From Chiloscyllium plagiosum (lineage: Eukaryota), in contig NC_057718.1 of the NCBI RefSeq assembly GCF_004010195.1, positions 76,685,829 through 76,705,828 of the forward strand: a stretch of 20,000 nt of DNA, read 5' to 3'. The notes below the pieces were generated by a model, which was given only the letters and a program-made list of their open reading frames with translations, was not told the origin of the DNA and did no database searches. The translations under genes and the position numbers were made by a program. The first letter of the stretch is position 1. Every line of letters starts with the position of its first letter. This document shows, one piece after another, positions 18,628 through 20,000 of this stretch.

Positions 18628-20000
18628 CCTGGGAGGGTTTGATAAGGGACAGTGTAGAGAGAGCTCTACTCTGTATCTGACCCTGTCCTGGGAGGGTTTG
18701 ATGGGGACAGGGTAGAGAGAGCTTTACTCTGTATCTGATCCTGTCCTGGGAGGGTTTGATAAGGGACAGTGTAGAGAGAGCTCTACTCTGTATCTGACCC
18801 TGCCCTGGGAGTGTTTGATGGGGACAGGGTAGAGAGAGCTTTACTCTGTATCTGATCCTGTCCCTGGGAATGTTTGGTGGGGACAGTGTAGAGAGAGCTT
18901 TACTCTGTATCTGACCCTGTCCTGGGAGAGTTTAATGGAAACTGTGTAGAGGGAGCTTTACTCTGTATCTGATCCTGTCCTGGGAGTGTTTGATGGGGAC
19001 AGTGTAGAGAGAGCTTTACTCTGTATCTGACCCTGTCCTGGGAGAGTTTGATGGAAACTGTGTAGAGAGAGCTTTACTCTGTATCTGACCCTGTCCTGGG
19101 AGTGTTTGGTGGGGACAGTGTAGGGAGAGCTCTACTCTGAATCTGACCCTGTCCTGGGAGTGTTTGGTGGGGACAGTGTAGAGAGAGCTTTACTCTGTAT
19201 CTGACCCTGTCCTGGGAGAGTTTGATGGAAACTGTGTAGAGAGAGCTTTACTCTGTATCTGACCCTGTCCTGGGAGTGTTTGGTGGGGACAGTGTAGGGA
19301 GAGCTCTACTCTGAATCTGACCCTGTCCTGGGAGTGTTTGGTGGGGACAGTGTAGAGAGAGCTTTACTCTGTATCTGACCCTGTCCTGGGAGTGTTTGGT
19401 GGGGACAGTGTAGAGAGAGCTTTACTCTGTATCTGACCCTGCCCTGGGAGTGTTTGGTGGGGACAGTGTAGAGAGAGCTTTACTCTGTATCTGACCCTGC
19501 CCTGGGAGTGTTTGGTGGGGACAGTGTAGAGAGAGCTTTACTCTGTATCTGACCCTGCCCTGGGAGTGTTTGGTGGGGACAGTGTAGAGAGAGCTTTACT
19601 CTGTATCTGACCCTGCCCTGGGAGTGTTTGGTGGGGACAGTGTAGAGAGAGCTTTACTCTGTATCTGACCCTGCCCTGGGAGTGTTTGGTGGGGACAGTG
19701 TAGAGAGAGCTTTACTCTGTATCTGACCCTGCCCTGGGAGTGTTTGGTGGGGACAGTGTAGAGAGAGCTTTACTCTGTATCTGACCCTGTCCTGGGAGTG
19801 TTTGATGGGGACAGGGTAGAGAGAGCTTTACTCTGTATCTGACCCTGTCCTGGGAGTGTTTGATGGGGACAGGGTAGAGAGAGCTTTACTCTGTATCTGA
19901 CCCTGTCCTGGGAGTGTTTGATGGGGACAGTGTAGGGAGAGCTATACTCTGTACCTAATCCCATGCTGTCTCTGTCCTGGGAGTGTTTGATGGGGATTGG
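18628..20000. repeat. 58-bp tandem repeat (about 23 units, runs off the window) with one 69-bp unit
   Basis: CCTGGGAGTGTTTGRTGGGGACAGTGTAGAGAGAGCTTTACTCTGTATCTGACCCTGY (for example 19501-19558); 69-bp unit at 19907-19975. Confidence 0.98.

Noticed and set aside
18628..20000. CRISPR-like regular array
   Set aside because: Head-to-tail units without unique spacers, no cas genes, vertebrate intron context. The same applies to both 20-bp arrays.

Overview
Vertebrate nuclear DNA. The repeat content (HE1-type V-SINE, CR1/HER1-type LINEs, Penelope-like elements, a 58/69-bp tandem repeat) suggests a shark; this is inferred from repeats only. An exact 500-N gap (8137-8636) splits the window. Left of the gap is AT-rich, nested retroelement debris: an RTE LINE, CR1 LINEs, a SINE tail, and three TSD-flanked Penelope-like insertions with inverted ends, two of which carry minimal hammerhead ribozyme motifs. 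There is also one strong CTCF-type motif in apparently unique sequence. Right of the gap are three consecutive + strand coding exons of an equilibrative nucleoside transporter 1-like gene (SLC29A1/ENT1, TM2-TM5) with canonical splice sites and human-matching phases and sizes. The introns hold four tandem arrays. The most notable observations are a 2-kb CpG-rich, G4-motif 20-bp minisatellite apparently born from the GVPQGSV reverse-transcriptase motif of the CR1 LINE it abuts, paired convergent hammerhead motifs in the Penelope insertions, and a tandem array shortly downstream of every donor site. No new protein-coding system is supported; the long ORFs in the track are repeat or gap artefacts.
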